NCBI GenBank assembly: GCA_041167265.1 | Contig: JBEEHG010000071.1 | Location: forward strand, 10,617 to 74,616 | Direction of reading: 5' to 3' | Origin: Verrucomicrobiota bacterium | GTDB lineage: Bacteria; Verrucomicrobiota; Verrucomicrobiia; Chthoniobacterales; UBA10450 | DNA: 64,000 bases | The notes under the pieces: generated by a model | What the model saw: the letters and a program-made list of their open reading frames with translations, nothing else | What the model was told of the DNA's origin: nothing | The model's database searches: none | Made by a program: the position numbers and the translations under genes | Shown: positions 54,193 through 62,605 of the stretch, piece by piece | Layout: each line of letters begins with the position of its first letter | Numbering within the stretch: the first letter of the stretch is position 1

Positions 54193-54506
54193 TGATTGCG
54201 GATTTGGACACCCCGATGTGTTGCTCGGCGGCAGAACTTGCGGAGCAGGAATACATTGGCCTTCTCAAACCATCACGAAAGCAAATCGCAAAGATGATTG
54301 AGCAAACCTTTGATCAGATCTGGCACGCCCGGCATGTGCAATTGGGCCGGCCCGAACCGGGGGAGGAATCTGCCATTGCAATTGAATCCAAGTATCCAAA
54401 AGAGTTCTTGACGCTATGTGACGATTGCCTCCTTCGCGCTGAGGGGCGGCTGGGTGCCTTGCGATGGGTACTCCACGGTGCGTTCATCGAAAATTACGAC
54501 ACCTAG
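54192..54506 (+). CDS. Hypothetical protein
   Basis: A 104-aa ORF whose ATG immediately follows the upstream TAA. Confidence 0.45.
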   Translation: MIADLDTPMCCSAAELAEQEYIGLLKPSRKQIAKMIEQTFDQIWHARHVQLGRPEPGEESAIAIESKYPKEFLTLCDDCLLRAEGRLGALRWVLHGAFIENYDT

Positions 54507-54632
54507 GTCGCGTTTTTGGTACACCAACGGGCGCAGCAAATTTGTTAACAACCCGTAGGAGGCCGCGAAATCACTTCGACAAAAACGTCTGATATATGCG
54601 AGACTTTGATCCCATAGAAGGGATTCAAAACT

Positions 54633-54848
54633 ATGGCGAACGATGCTCCAGGAATGCGGGGCCACCGGTCTCGGAATCAAGATGGTGAGCTGCGTGACAA
54701 ACGTGACGACACGCACATGGGCACTATCGAGAAAAAGTACGATCGCGACTTCGGCGTCCGCAGCGATATGCAGCTTGGCACATATCTGCGTGAGAAGGGA
54801 ATCAAATCGCTCAACGACCTGATTCACAGCAAACGCGGGCGCAAATAA
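54633..54848 (+). CDS. Small basic hypothetical protein
   Basis: A 71-aa ORF with a charged, non-repetitive sequence. Confidence 0.35.
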   Translation: MANDAPGMRGHRSRNQDGELRDKRDDTHMGTIEKKYDRDFGVRSDMQLGTYLREKGIKSLNDLIHSKRGRK

Positions 54849-55210
54849 CAGAACTGATTCGCATCGCCGATCGCCTTTTTCCAATGTGCCTGGGCCGTCG
54901 GCGCAGGAGGATTTGCACGGGCATGAATTTGCCCGGTTCAGGATGTTTTGACGAACTCGGCGCGCACCGACACCCCACACCTTCTCGGCGATCAAAAGAG
55001 TTGCGAAAGCCCAGCGACTGCTGCGCATACATTAGAAGCGAATAACCCCGGCAGCGCGGCGAGGCCGCGCCACCGGAGTCTGTTCCCCCCAGAACATTTA
55101 GAAATTAAGGGGCTTTAATTTGTGGTCAATAAGGGCCCCCAAAAAACGTTCTCCTAGAGGCCGTGCATAATTGTCGCTCGACTCGGCAATAACGCACTCC
55201 CCGCCCTCCA

Positions 55211-56161
55211 TTAAAGTTCTCCATTCTCGATCCAAGCTTTTATTCGCGTGAATTTTGAGTCCGGCCAGCCCCGGTCCACTTTGGTCCGGAGCAGGTCCGC
55301 TAAGGCCTGTTCTCGAGTGTACCGGGATTGTTTGAGACCACCCGCCGCGATAAACATAGGGATGAGCTCCGAGTCAGCCGCGGCAGGCTTTTCGTGGAGT
55401 AGCGCGGCTTGCAGACCCACGGAAGGATCGGCCCCGGCCTGCAAAAGCATTTCCACTATTTCTTTCGAATTGGTTTGCAGCGCTTTGTATCGTCCCGGGA
55501 TCTTTTCGCGGCGGGCCTCGTAGGCGTCGTAATTCCAGGCGCCGTAATCCAAAATGGCGACCAAAGGATGCCCGTTGTTTTTGTCGGAACCATTGGGATC
55601 GGCTTTCGCGTCCAGAAGCAACCGGACGATTTCCGGCGCGGTCGCGCCGTTCTTGGCGGCCATCGGTAGCGGACGGTAACCGTTGTCCGTGATGTTCGGA
55701 TTCGCGCCGACATCGAGCAAGGCTTTGACACACTGCGTCGCTCTGAGCCGCACAGCATGAATCAGGGCCGGCGGGCGCGGGTTCGCGCTATTTATACTGG
55801 CAGCGGCTCCGTTGCCCAAAAGAACTTTGAGAACTTCTGCCTGTCGAGTATCCACCGATCGGAATCGTTCCACTTCTTCAGGCGAAGGGTTATAGCCGTT
55901 GAATGCTTGGGAAACCGGCTCGATGGCGAGGTAGAGAAAGTCGTTGTCATCTTTCTTCGAGATAAGCGGCTTCACTGTGGAAAGCTGGAGCAGCGTTCTG
56001 AGATCTTCACTTTTTCCGCTAACGACCGCTTGTCGGATCCGGGCGCGATCATCAGCGGCCCAGGCCGATCGAGCATGGAGCGTTACCATCAGCATGATTG
56101 CCAAGCATGGTCGCCAAAGATTGCCAGCGGGGTTGCGTGGAGTCGTTGATCGGGGGCGCAT
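55211..56161 (-). CDS. Secreted ankyrin-repeat protein
   Basis: Signal peptide ...MLMVTLHARSAWA/AD. Repeated ankyrin-type LL(D/Q)xGA(N/D)P(N/S) motifs (LLDVGANPN, LLDAKADPN, LLQAGADPS). Confidence 0.8.
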   Translation of the reverse strand: MRPRSTTPRNPAGNLWRPCLAIMLMVTLHARSAWAADDRARIRQAVVSGKSEDLRTLLQLSTVKPLISKKDDNDFLYLAIEPVSQAFNGYNPSPEEVERFRSVDTRQAEVLKVLLGNGAAASINSANPRPPALIHAVRLRATQCVKALLDVGANPNITDNGYRPLPMAAKNGATAPEIVRLLLDAKADPNGSDKNNGHPLVAILDYGAWNYDAYEARREKIPGRYKALQTNSKEIVEMLLQAGADPSVGLQAALLHEKPAAADSELIPMFIAAGGLKQSRYTREQALADLLRTKVDRGWPDSKFTRIKAWIENGEL

Positions 56162-56226
56162 CGCGTGAGCATAGCACTACCGATAGAGAGGTGTAAAGCC
56201 CCCATTTTGTTTCGGATTCTAGCGGC

Positions 56227-56448
56227 ATGCAGCCGCGTATCCTGCCGCACTTAGTGAAGCGATTGAGGAGACTTCGTGAGGCGGCAAATCTGACGCAAGA
56301 ACAGTTCGCAGAGCAAGCGGGCCTGTCATACAAATATTACCAGCACATCGAAGCCGGGCGAAGGCAGGATCTGCGACTTTCGACTTTGGAACGCCTTGCT
56401 GACGCGCACCGGATTTCCGTGGCTCAGCTCTTACGTCCGGGACGCTAA
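56227..56448 (+). CDS. XRE-family helix-turn-helix transcriptional regulator
   Basis: LRRLREAANLTQEQFAEQAGLSYKYYQHIEAGRR. 73 aa. Confidence 0.85.
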   Translation: MQPRILPHLVKRLRRLREAANLTQEQFAEQAGLSYKYYQHIEAGRRQDLRLSTLERLADAHRISVAQLLRPGR

Positions 56449-57849
56449 GGGGCATCTCGCGCGCACGCGTCCGCGCTTAAGTGATGCGACAATCTTTGCC
56501 TCATCAACAAACCCTGCCTTCTGGAGCTCGCCGACTACCGTGATGAGGCGGTCCTGTCGTTCTTGCCATCCGTGACCACGCAAGAGGTGCGCCTTTGATG
56601 AAAGATCATCGGCATACCCGCGAAGCGAGCCTCCCTCCCGGACCGCACGAACGAGAGCCGAAAGGCTGTTTTCGTGACCCCAGTAAATGAAGTGCATAAT
56701 GCGATCCAGCAGAAATTGCGACATCCGCGCTTTGTGTCCTGGAGTTGCACGACTAAGTTCCAGAAACAGTTCTGTCGGCGCGCCACCATGCACGCATCCA
56801 TCGAGCAGTTTCCGGAGGCTGGCGTCGGTCGGAGGTTCAACAGAAAATACCCTTCGTAGGATGCCCAGTGCGCCAGGCTGAAGGAGTTCGCTTAGGCCCC
56901 TAAACTCGGCAGTATCGACCGAGAAGACACGAAGCCCCAGATCCAACCAACGCGAGGCCTCATCCCATCGTTGAAAGGCGATGTCCGACCGAAATGCCAA
57001 CAGCATCGCTTCAGGTACTAGGTGCCGCGTTTCGGGGGCGTTGAGGAGAAACGCGAGAGCTTCCGCACTGCTTTGCGCCGCACGCTCAATTGCGTATTGC
57101 AGAACTCGTGCATTGTCTGGCGGCGAGACCTTCAGGGCCCATTGAAGCCCCTGCAAATTACCCGTCGTAGCCGCGCGGCTCAAGAGGTGAGTCCATTCTG
57201 CATTGAAACGGCCGTCCTGTTTGCGTAGTAACGGAAGCAAAGCTTCCGCTGTTCCGAATAAGCTTTTTGCCAAGCACAAGTTCATTAGCTCCTCGTGCGC
57301 TCGCTCCACTGGCTTGCGCAGCGAAATGAGACGTGTGCAGAACCGGTCAGCACTAGCAGTGATGCCGCTTCGCAGTACAGAGAGGTAGCGGTTGTCGCTG
57401 AGTTTTGAAGTGATTTCGCCCGTCAGACCGTCGCACGCGTCTCGCTTCCTCAATAGACGCCGCAAATGGACAAGCGCCGCAGCCTCCTCGGTCGATCGCC
57501 GTTTCGTAATCGGCAAGCCTTTCGCACGTCGACGTGCTGCAGCGGCATCGAACAAACTGCGCATACGAAGTTCGCCCTCGTCCGTCAGCCACCGAAAGGT
57601 CGAAGTGCTTCCCTGCTTCGTAGCGAACCGACGCAGCGGTTCGGTCGCGAAGCCTCCACACATGACATAATTGCCTTGTCGAAGCCGCGTTCCGCTTTCA
57701 GTCCATTCAAGATAATCCACGCCGATATAAGGCATTCCCAACCATCGCGTTTTCACCTTCCGCCGGAAGACCCAGACCAGGGGAATGGTAACGCCGTCGC
57801 GGTGTCCGTGCGCGGCCGAGGGAAAAGCCTCGCGACACGAGTCCCTCAT
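56431..57849 (-). CDS. Hypothetical protein (helical-repeat C-terminal half); possibly the downstream part of a frameshifted gene
   Basis: A 472-aa ORF that overlaps the upstream ORF by 143 nt. Confidence 0.55.
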   Translation of the reverse strand: MRDSCREAFPSAAHGHRDGVTIPLVWVFRRKVKTRWLGMPYIGVDYLEWTESGTRLRQGNYVMCGGFATEPLRRFATKQGSTSTFRWLTDEGELRMRSLFDAAAARRRAKGLPITKRRSTEEAAALVHLRRLLRKRDACDGLTGEITSKLSDNRYLSVLRSGITASADRFCTRLISLRKPVERAHEELMNLCLAKSLFGTAEALLPLLRKQDGRFNAEWTHLLSRAATTGNLQGLQWALKVSPPDNARVLQYAIERAAQSSAEALAFLLNAPETRHLVPEAMLLAFRSDIAFQRWDEASRWLDLGLRVFSVDTAEFRGLSELLQPGALGILRRVFSVEPPTDASLRKLLDGCVHGGAPTELFLELSRATPGHKARMSQFLLDRIMHFIYWGHENSLSALVRAVREGGSLRGYADDLSSKAHLLRGHGWQERQDRLITVVGELQKAGFVDEAKIVASLKRGRVRARCPLASRT

Positions 57850-58189
57850 TCAACCAGCGATCGGCTCGGCTTTGCAACGTGGAATGATCAATTACCCGGA
57901 TGAACTCCCCAAATTCATCGAGAAAGTCGAAAAGGCGCTCCGATTGCTCCGAGAAAAGCGCATCAAAGATCTCCTCGAAATCGTAGTTAGGCCATTGCGC
58001 AAACCCCAAATGCTCTCTCCAAAAATTCGACTCCTGTCTTCGGACTACGTCACCGCGCATAGCCCCGAGCGGAGAACTCCACCAAATCGCCACGCCAAGG
58101 TGCGTGCTGCCTTCGATCTCTCCTTTAAGATCTGTTCGTTCGATAAACGGTCCGATCAACGGTGAGGAAATGGCAAGCTCTGGGAACAT
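57707..58189 (-). CDS. Hypothetical protein (only the first ~115 aa look protein-like)
   Basis: MFPELAISSPLIGPFIERTDLKGEIEGS...DRWLNE, followed by an Arg/Gly-rich tail that overlaps the next ORF. Confidence 0.45.
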   Translation of the reverse strand: MFPELAISSPLIGPFIERTDLKGEIEGSTHLGVAIWWSSPLGAMRGDVVRRQESNFWREHLGFAQWPNYDFEEIFDALFSEQSERLFDFLDEFGEFIRVIDHSTLQSRADRWLNEGLVSRGFSLGRARTPRRRYHSPGLGLPAEGENAMVGNALYRRGLS

Positions 58190-58240
58190 TCTGGGAAAGC
58201 TTAATACTTGATGTCGCCGCTAATAGAATCGGCGCTCATT

Positions 58241-59368
58241 TCAGGTGCTCCCAATTGCGGAGGCCACAGCGTGTTGGACCTGATCGCGAAACGGAATCCA
58301 CTTTGCCGCCGGAAATACGCGCCCTTTCGAAGCGTCGCTGTCGTTGAGCCCAAGCTGCGGAATTGCCGACAGCTGCTGGAACAAGGCGGTCTTGATCCGG
58401 CGTTCGCCCTCATTTTCGCCGAGCCAATTAAAATTCAGCCATAGTTCGCCGTCAGAGAGGACGGTAAAAACAGACCTGTGAGTGATTCGCGGCTCGACAA
58501 CGCTGAATGAACCGCGGTCCTTTCCATTACCCCACCGCACCTCTACGCCGGTGAGACCCTTGCAGAAATCGTGGAACGACAGAACAGCGGCAGCCGCTTT
58601 GCGGTCGAGGCGCTTGGCGACATCCTCACGGAACATTTCAAGGGTCCACGCGCGTCGGCCTCCACTCTTCTGGAGGGTAACCGTCCTTTTCACTCGCCGG
58701 GCCTGTTCGGTGTAACCAAATAAAGTGGGCACGACGACGCGCGCGCCATTCAGTTCAAATTGCTTCGCTTCAACGAGGCAGACCTCAGTCCGTTCCATCT
58801 GGCTATTTAGAAACGCTACGATACTGCGAAGCTCCGCCGACGCCTGTTCCATGAAGAAGACCAGCCTCAGCTGCCCTTGCGTGATATTATTTTCGACGAG
58901 ATCAAGCAATCCGTCGACTGACGCGCCAGCCGGCGACTCGAGCCCACGAACGAGTTCGTCGATGTGAACGCCGCGTTTCTGGGCCTGCGCTTCCAGGTAT
59001 TTGACGAGCGTATCACGAGACAGGTAAAACGAAGCGTTCGCCGCATAGTCGAACATTTGGCCAATTACTTCCCGCCGTGAGCGAGTGTCTTTAAAGCGTT
59101 TGCATTCGACCAGGGTGGGCACGCCGTCTTGGTCGATCAGCAGAAAATCCAAACTCCAGCGGCCTTCGCCCGTCCCAGGATCTTCCACATCCATCTCTTT
59201 TTTCACTAACAGCCAGCGCCGCGGATTTTCTGGCGACACCTGGTCACCCGGAATCAGGTTCAGGTTCTTTTCGAGCAGATTTTGCAGTTCCCTTTCTTCG
59301 TTTATGCAGTGGATCGGGACGAAAGCTGCGGTACTTTGATCAGCGGCGACGGAATAAACGCGGTTCAT
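58241..59368 (-). CDS. PD-(D/E)xK nuclease-fold protein, NucS/DUF91-like
   Basis: From the ATG at 59368: ...ERELQNLLEKNLNLIPGDQV...RWSLDFLLIDQDGVPTLVECKRFKD...VIGQMFDY (D...ExK core). Confidence 0.65.
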   Translation of the reverse strand: MNRVYSVAADQSTAAFVPIHCINEERELQNLLEKNLNLIPGDQVSPENPRRWLLVKKEMDVEDPGTGEGRWSLDFLLIDQDGVPTLVECKRFKDTRSRREVIGQMFDYAANASFYLSRDTLVKYLEAQAQKRGVHIDELVRGLESPAGASVDGLLDLVENNITQGQLRLVFFMEQASAELRSIVAFLNSQMERTEVCLVEAKQFELNGARVVVPTLFGYTEQARRVKRTVTLQKSGGRRAWTLEMFREDVAKRLDRKAAAAVLSFHDFCKGLTGVEVRWGNGKDRGSFSVVEPRITHRSVFTVLSDGELWLNFNWLGENEGERRIKTALFQQLSAIPQLGLNDSDASKGRVFPAAKWIPFRDQVQHAVASAIGST

Positions 59369-59610
59369 GAAATCGAGGTGCCAAGCTGATTCTATCGGAC
59401 AGAACGAGCGTCGCCAAGCCGCCAGCCGCCCATGGAAGGCGGTGAAAGCCGCCCCAAACACCAGTTTTCCTTTGATTATCCGCATTGAATCGGTTAACCA
59501 CGAGCCATTGTACAATCGCGTTGACGTAATTTTTCAGGCACCCCCCCGCCTCGCTGCTGAGTCGTCACGATTCCTGCCGCGAATTCCGACGCACGGCCCT
59601 CTTCTTTGAT

Positions 59611-61194
59611 ATGGCCGGTAAAAATATCCTCCTGATCGAGCCGGGGTACAAAAATAAATATCCCCCACTCGGCCTGATGAAGCTCGCCCAGTATCACGGA
59701 CCGCGCGGCAAGAATGACAATGTCCGGTTCATCAAGGGTGAAGATCGGAGGGTCCTCGATACGTGTTGGGACCGGATCTACGTCACTACACTGTTCTCGT
59801 TTGAGTGGCGCAAGATTGCGCAGTCGATCGACTTTGCGGTCGAAGTCTCCGGCGGACAGCCGAACAATGTGTTCGTCGGCGGCATCGCGGCGTCGCTGAT
59901 GCACGAAGAGTTTCTGAAGGAAACGCGCTGGCGCGGAGTGCGATTCATAAACGGGCTGCTCAAAGAGGCACCGGCGCGCTCCCTGCAGCTGAACGTTTTC
60001 GAGGAGGAGCTGTATTCATCTGACGTGTCTTCGCCGCCGATCGAAGATGAGATACCCGATTACAGCATTCTTGCGCATGTCGATTACCGGTACTCCGTGG
60101 TCGATGCGTACTTCGCGTACGCCTCGCGGGGTTGCGTCAGAAAATGCAGCTTTTGCGGCGTTCCGAAACTCGAGGGGGATCTTTATGACACGCCGTCGTT
60201 AACCAAAATTGTGCGGGGCATTGAGAAAATCTACGGACCAAAGAAGGATCTCGTCCTGATGGACAACAACGTGGTCGCTTCTCCGCGGTTCAAGGAGATC
60301 ATCGCAGAAATCCGCGACCTCGGGTTCGTTCGCGGAGCGAAACTGAAGCGTGAAAAGCGACCGCCGGTCCAGCGCCGTGTTGACTTTAATCAGGGGGTTG
60401 ACGCGCGCATCCTCTGCAAAGATCCCATGTATCTGCGCGAGCTCGCCACGATTTGCATCAAGCCTCTGAGGATTGCTTTCGACCACATCGGATTACGAAA
60501 GCCGTACGAGACTGCCATACGTTACGCCCATGCCGTGGGCCTCGATGATCTGTCCAACTACATGCTCTACAATTTTCACGATTCGCCGGCCGACCTGTAT
60601 CAACGCATGCGGCTTAACCTTGAACTTAATGAGGAACTGGGCATCCGAATTTTCTCTTTCCCCATGCGGTACCAGCCGACGAACCGAAAGGACAGGGGAT
60701 TCGTCGGCGAGAAATGGAACAAATACTATCTCAGGTCGATGCAAATCATCCTGCAGGCAACCCATGGAATCGTCAGCGGTGCTCCGCAGTTTTTTCGACG
60801 GGCCTTCGGCGACACTGAGGATGCGTTCACGCGTTTGCTTATTCGGCCGCACAAATTCATTTTTAACCGCGTGTGGTACGAAGAGCTTGGGGGGCGGCAC
60901 GAATATGAAGAATACCTCGCCGACGCAGCGAAGCTAACGCCGGCGGATCAAACCGAGCTGCTGGCGATCCTGGCGGATTACGAAAATCGGCACCATCGAA
61001 CCGTCCAGAACAGTATCGTCAATCCCCGCCTCCAACGTGTGTTCCGCCATTACGCGAGTTTGAACGACCAGGAGGAACAAGAGATTTGGCGGACGCAAAA
61101 AACTCTGCAGAAATCAGCGGGCCGCGCGTTCGAGGTTCCGGACGACGAGCGAGTTGAAGACGCAGGCCTGGAACTCACAGCTGTTTCGGCGTAA
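59611..61194 (+). CDS. Radical SAM enzyme with N-terminal flavodoxin/B12-binding-like domain
   Basis: CX3CX2C at aa 175-182 (GCVRKCSFCG, nt 60133-60156). The N-terminus KNILLIEPGYKNKYPPLGLMKLAQY resembles class-B-type radical SAM openings. Confidence 0.75.
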   Translation: MAGKNILLIEPGYKNKYPPLGLMKLAQYHGPRGKNDNVRFIKGEDRRVLDTCWDRIYVTTLFSFEWRKIAQSIDFAVEVSGGQPNNVFVGGIAASLMHEEFLKETRWRGVRFINGLLKEAPARSLQLNVFEEELYSSDVSSPPIEDEIPDYSILAHVDYRYSVVDAYFAYASRGCVRKCSFCGVPKLEGDLYDTPSLTKIVRGIEKIYGPKKDLVLMDNNVVASPRFKEIIAEIRDLGFVRGAKLKREKRPPVQRRVDFNQGVDARILCKDPMYLRELATICIKPLRIAFDHIGLRKPYETAIRYAHAVGLDDLSNYMLYNFHDSPADLYQRMRLNLELNEELGIRIFSFPMRYQPTNRKDRGFVGEKWNKYYLRSMQIILQATHGIVSGAPQFFRRAFGDTEDAFTRLLIRPHKFIFNRVWYEELGGRHEYEEYLADAAKLTPADQTELLAILADYENRHHRTVQNSIVNPRLQRVFRHYASLNDQEEQEIWRTQKTLQKSAGRAFEVPDDERVEDAGLELTAVSA

Positions 61195-61202
61195 ACAACC
61201 CA

Positions 61203-62597
61203 GTGCTAGCCGTCGCGTCTTCGTCCACAAAACGCCAAAAGCTCGAAGAGCCTGCTGTCGTCGGCAAAGACGTCCTCGAACTGCTCAGCAGTGCGATGTA
61301 CGTCGATCCGCTGTGCATCTACCGTGAGTACATTCAGAACGCTACCGATGCGATTGACGACGCACGGCTTGCGGGTCTCTACGATCAGTGCGCGCCGCGG
61401 ATCGACGTGATGCTGGACCTGCAGCAAAGGTCGATTAAGATCCGAGACAACGGGATCGGCATCCCTCCAAACGTTTTCGCCCGTCGGCTGACGGCTTTGG
61501 GTGCCAGCAAAAAACGTGGGTCCCGAGCACGCGGATTTCGAGGCGTTGGGCGATTAGCCGGACTCGCCTATTGCCAGAAGCTAATTTTCCGAGCGAAGGC
61601 GGCTGCCTCACCTCGCGTTTGGGAAATTCATTGGGATTGCGTAAAGCTAAAGAACCTGCTCCGAGATCACACCTATAAGGGCGACCTGCACGGAATAATG
61701 TCGGACATCATCGAGTTTGATAACATCTCCAGTGAGGGCTATCCCGAGCACTTTTTCGAGGTCGAACTTCGCGGTGTAAACCGGATAAAGAACGATCTTC
61801 TTTTGAATGAAGCGAGTGTCGACGCGTACCTCTCGCAGGTGGCGCCGGTGCCATTCGCTGACGAGTTCGGGTTTGGTGGCAAGATCACCAAGTTTTTGGC
61901 CGAGCACGATGCGGGCGAGACGTACGATGTTTATCTTAACAGCCGCAGCACGCGAATCGTTCGACCATTCAGAGACGTTTTTGCGGCTAAACAACAGCTC
62001 ATAGATCGTTTCGCTGAAATCGCTTATTTCAAAGTACCAGGGATCGAGGGAGAACTGGATGCAATTGGTTGGGTTCTACATCACGGCTATCATGGAGCCT
62101 TGCCCGAACGAAGCGGTATCCGAGGTTTACGTCTCCGCGCGGGCAACATCCAAATCGGAGATGAAAGGATTTTCGACAGCGCCTTTCCGGAACCGCGTTT
62201 CAACGCTTGGTCGGTCGGCGAGGTCCACCTGATCTCGAAGCGCATCGTACCAAACGGGCGGCGCGACGACATAGAGTACAGCTCGCATCAGCAAAACTTG
62301 GTAAAGCACGTAATGCCCGTCGCTAAGCAAATCACCAAGCTCAGTAGGTCGAAATCTGCCGCACGCCACTCTGCGCGGACTGCGGAGTCAGCATCGGCCG
62401 ATGAACTGACGCTCCAGTTTTCGGATTATCTGAATCCGAAGCAGGTTCACCTTTTGAACCGATGCTCCCCCGACAGAATCGAAGCGTACGTTGAGGTTCT
62501 GCAGTTTGTTCAGAAGCATTGCCCCAAGAGCTCGGGTCGGGTGACCGTGAAGCGGATCCTGGAAGCGATTGTCCAACGACTCGAAACCGCAAGGTAA
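61203..62597 (+). CDS. GHKL-superfamily ATPase, Hsp90-like N-terminal domain
   Basis: LELLSSAMYVDPLCIYREYIQNATDAIDDA (Hsp90-type N box), IRDNGIGI (G1) and GFRGVGRLAGLAY (G2). GTG start 8 nt after the radical SAM stop. Confidence 0.75.
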   Translation: MLAVASSSTKRQKLEEPAVVGKDVLELLSSAMYVDPLCIYREYIQNATDAIDDARLAGLYDQCAPRIDVMLDLQQRSIKIRDNGIGIPPNVFARRLTALGASKKRGSRARGFRGVGRLAGLAYCQKLIFRAKAAASPRVWEIHWDCVKLKNLLRDHTYKGDLHGIMSDIIEFDNISSEGYPEHFFEVELRGVNRIKNDLLLNEASVDAYLSQVAPVPFADEFGFGGKITKFLAEHDAGETYDVYLNSRSTRIVRPFRDVFAAKQQLIDRFAEIAYFKVPGIEGELDAIGWVLHHGYHGALPERSGIRGLRLRAGNIQIGDERIFDSAFPEPRFNAWSVGEVHLISKRIVPNGRRDDIEYSSHQQNLVKHVMPVAKQITKLSRSKSAARHSARTAESASADELTLQFSDYLNPKQVHLLNRCSPDRIEAYVEVLQFVQKHCPKSSGRVTVKRILEAIVQRLETAR

Positions 62598-62605
62598 CGG
62601 GGCCA

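Noticed and set aside
54414-55028. A 204-aa minus-strand ORF.
   Set aside because: It overlaps two plus-strand ORFs that have better coupling and context, and it has no motifs. It remains unresolved and was not annotated.
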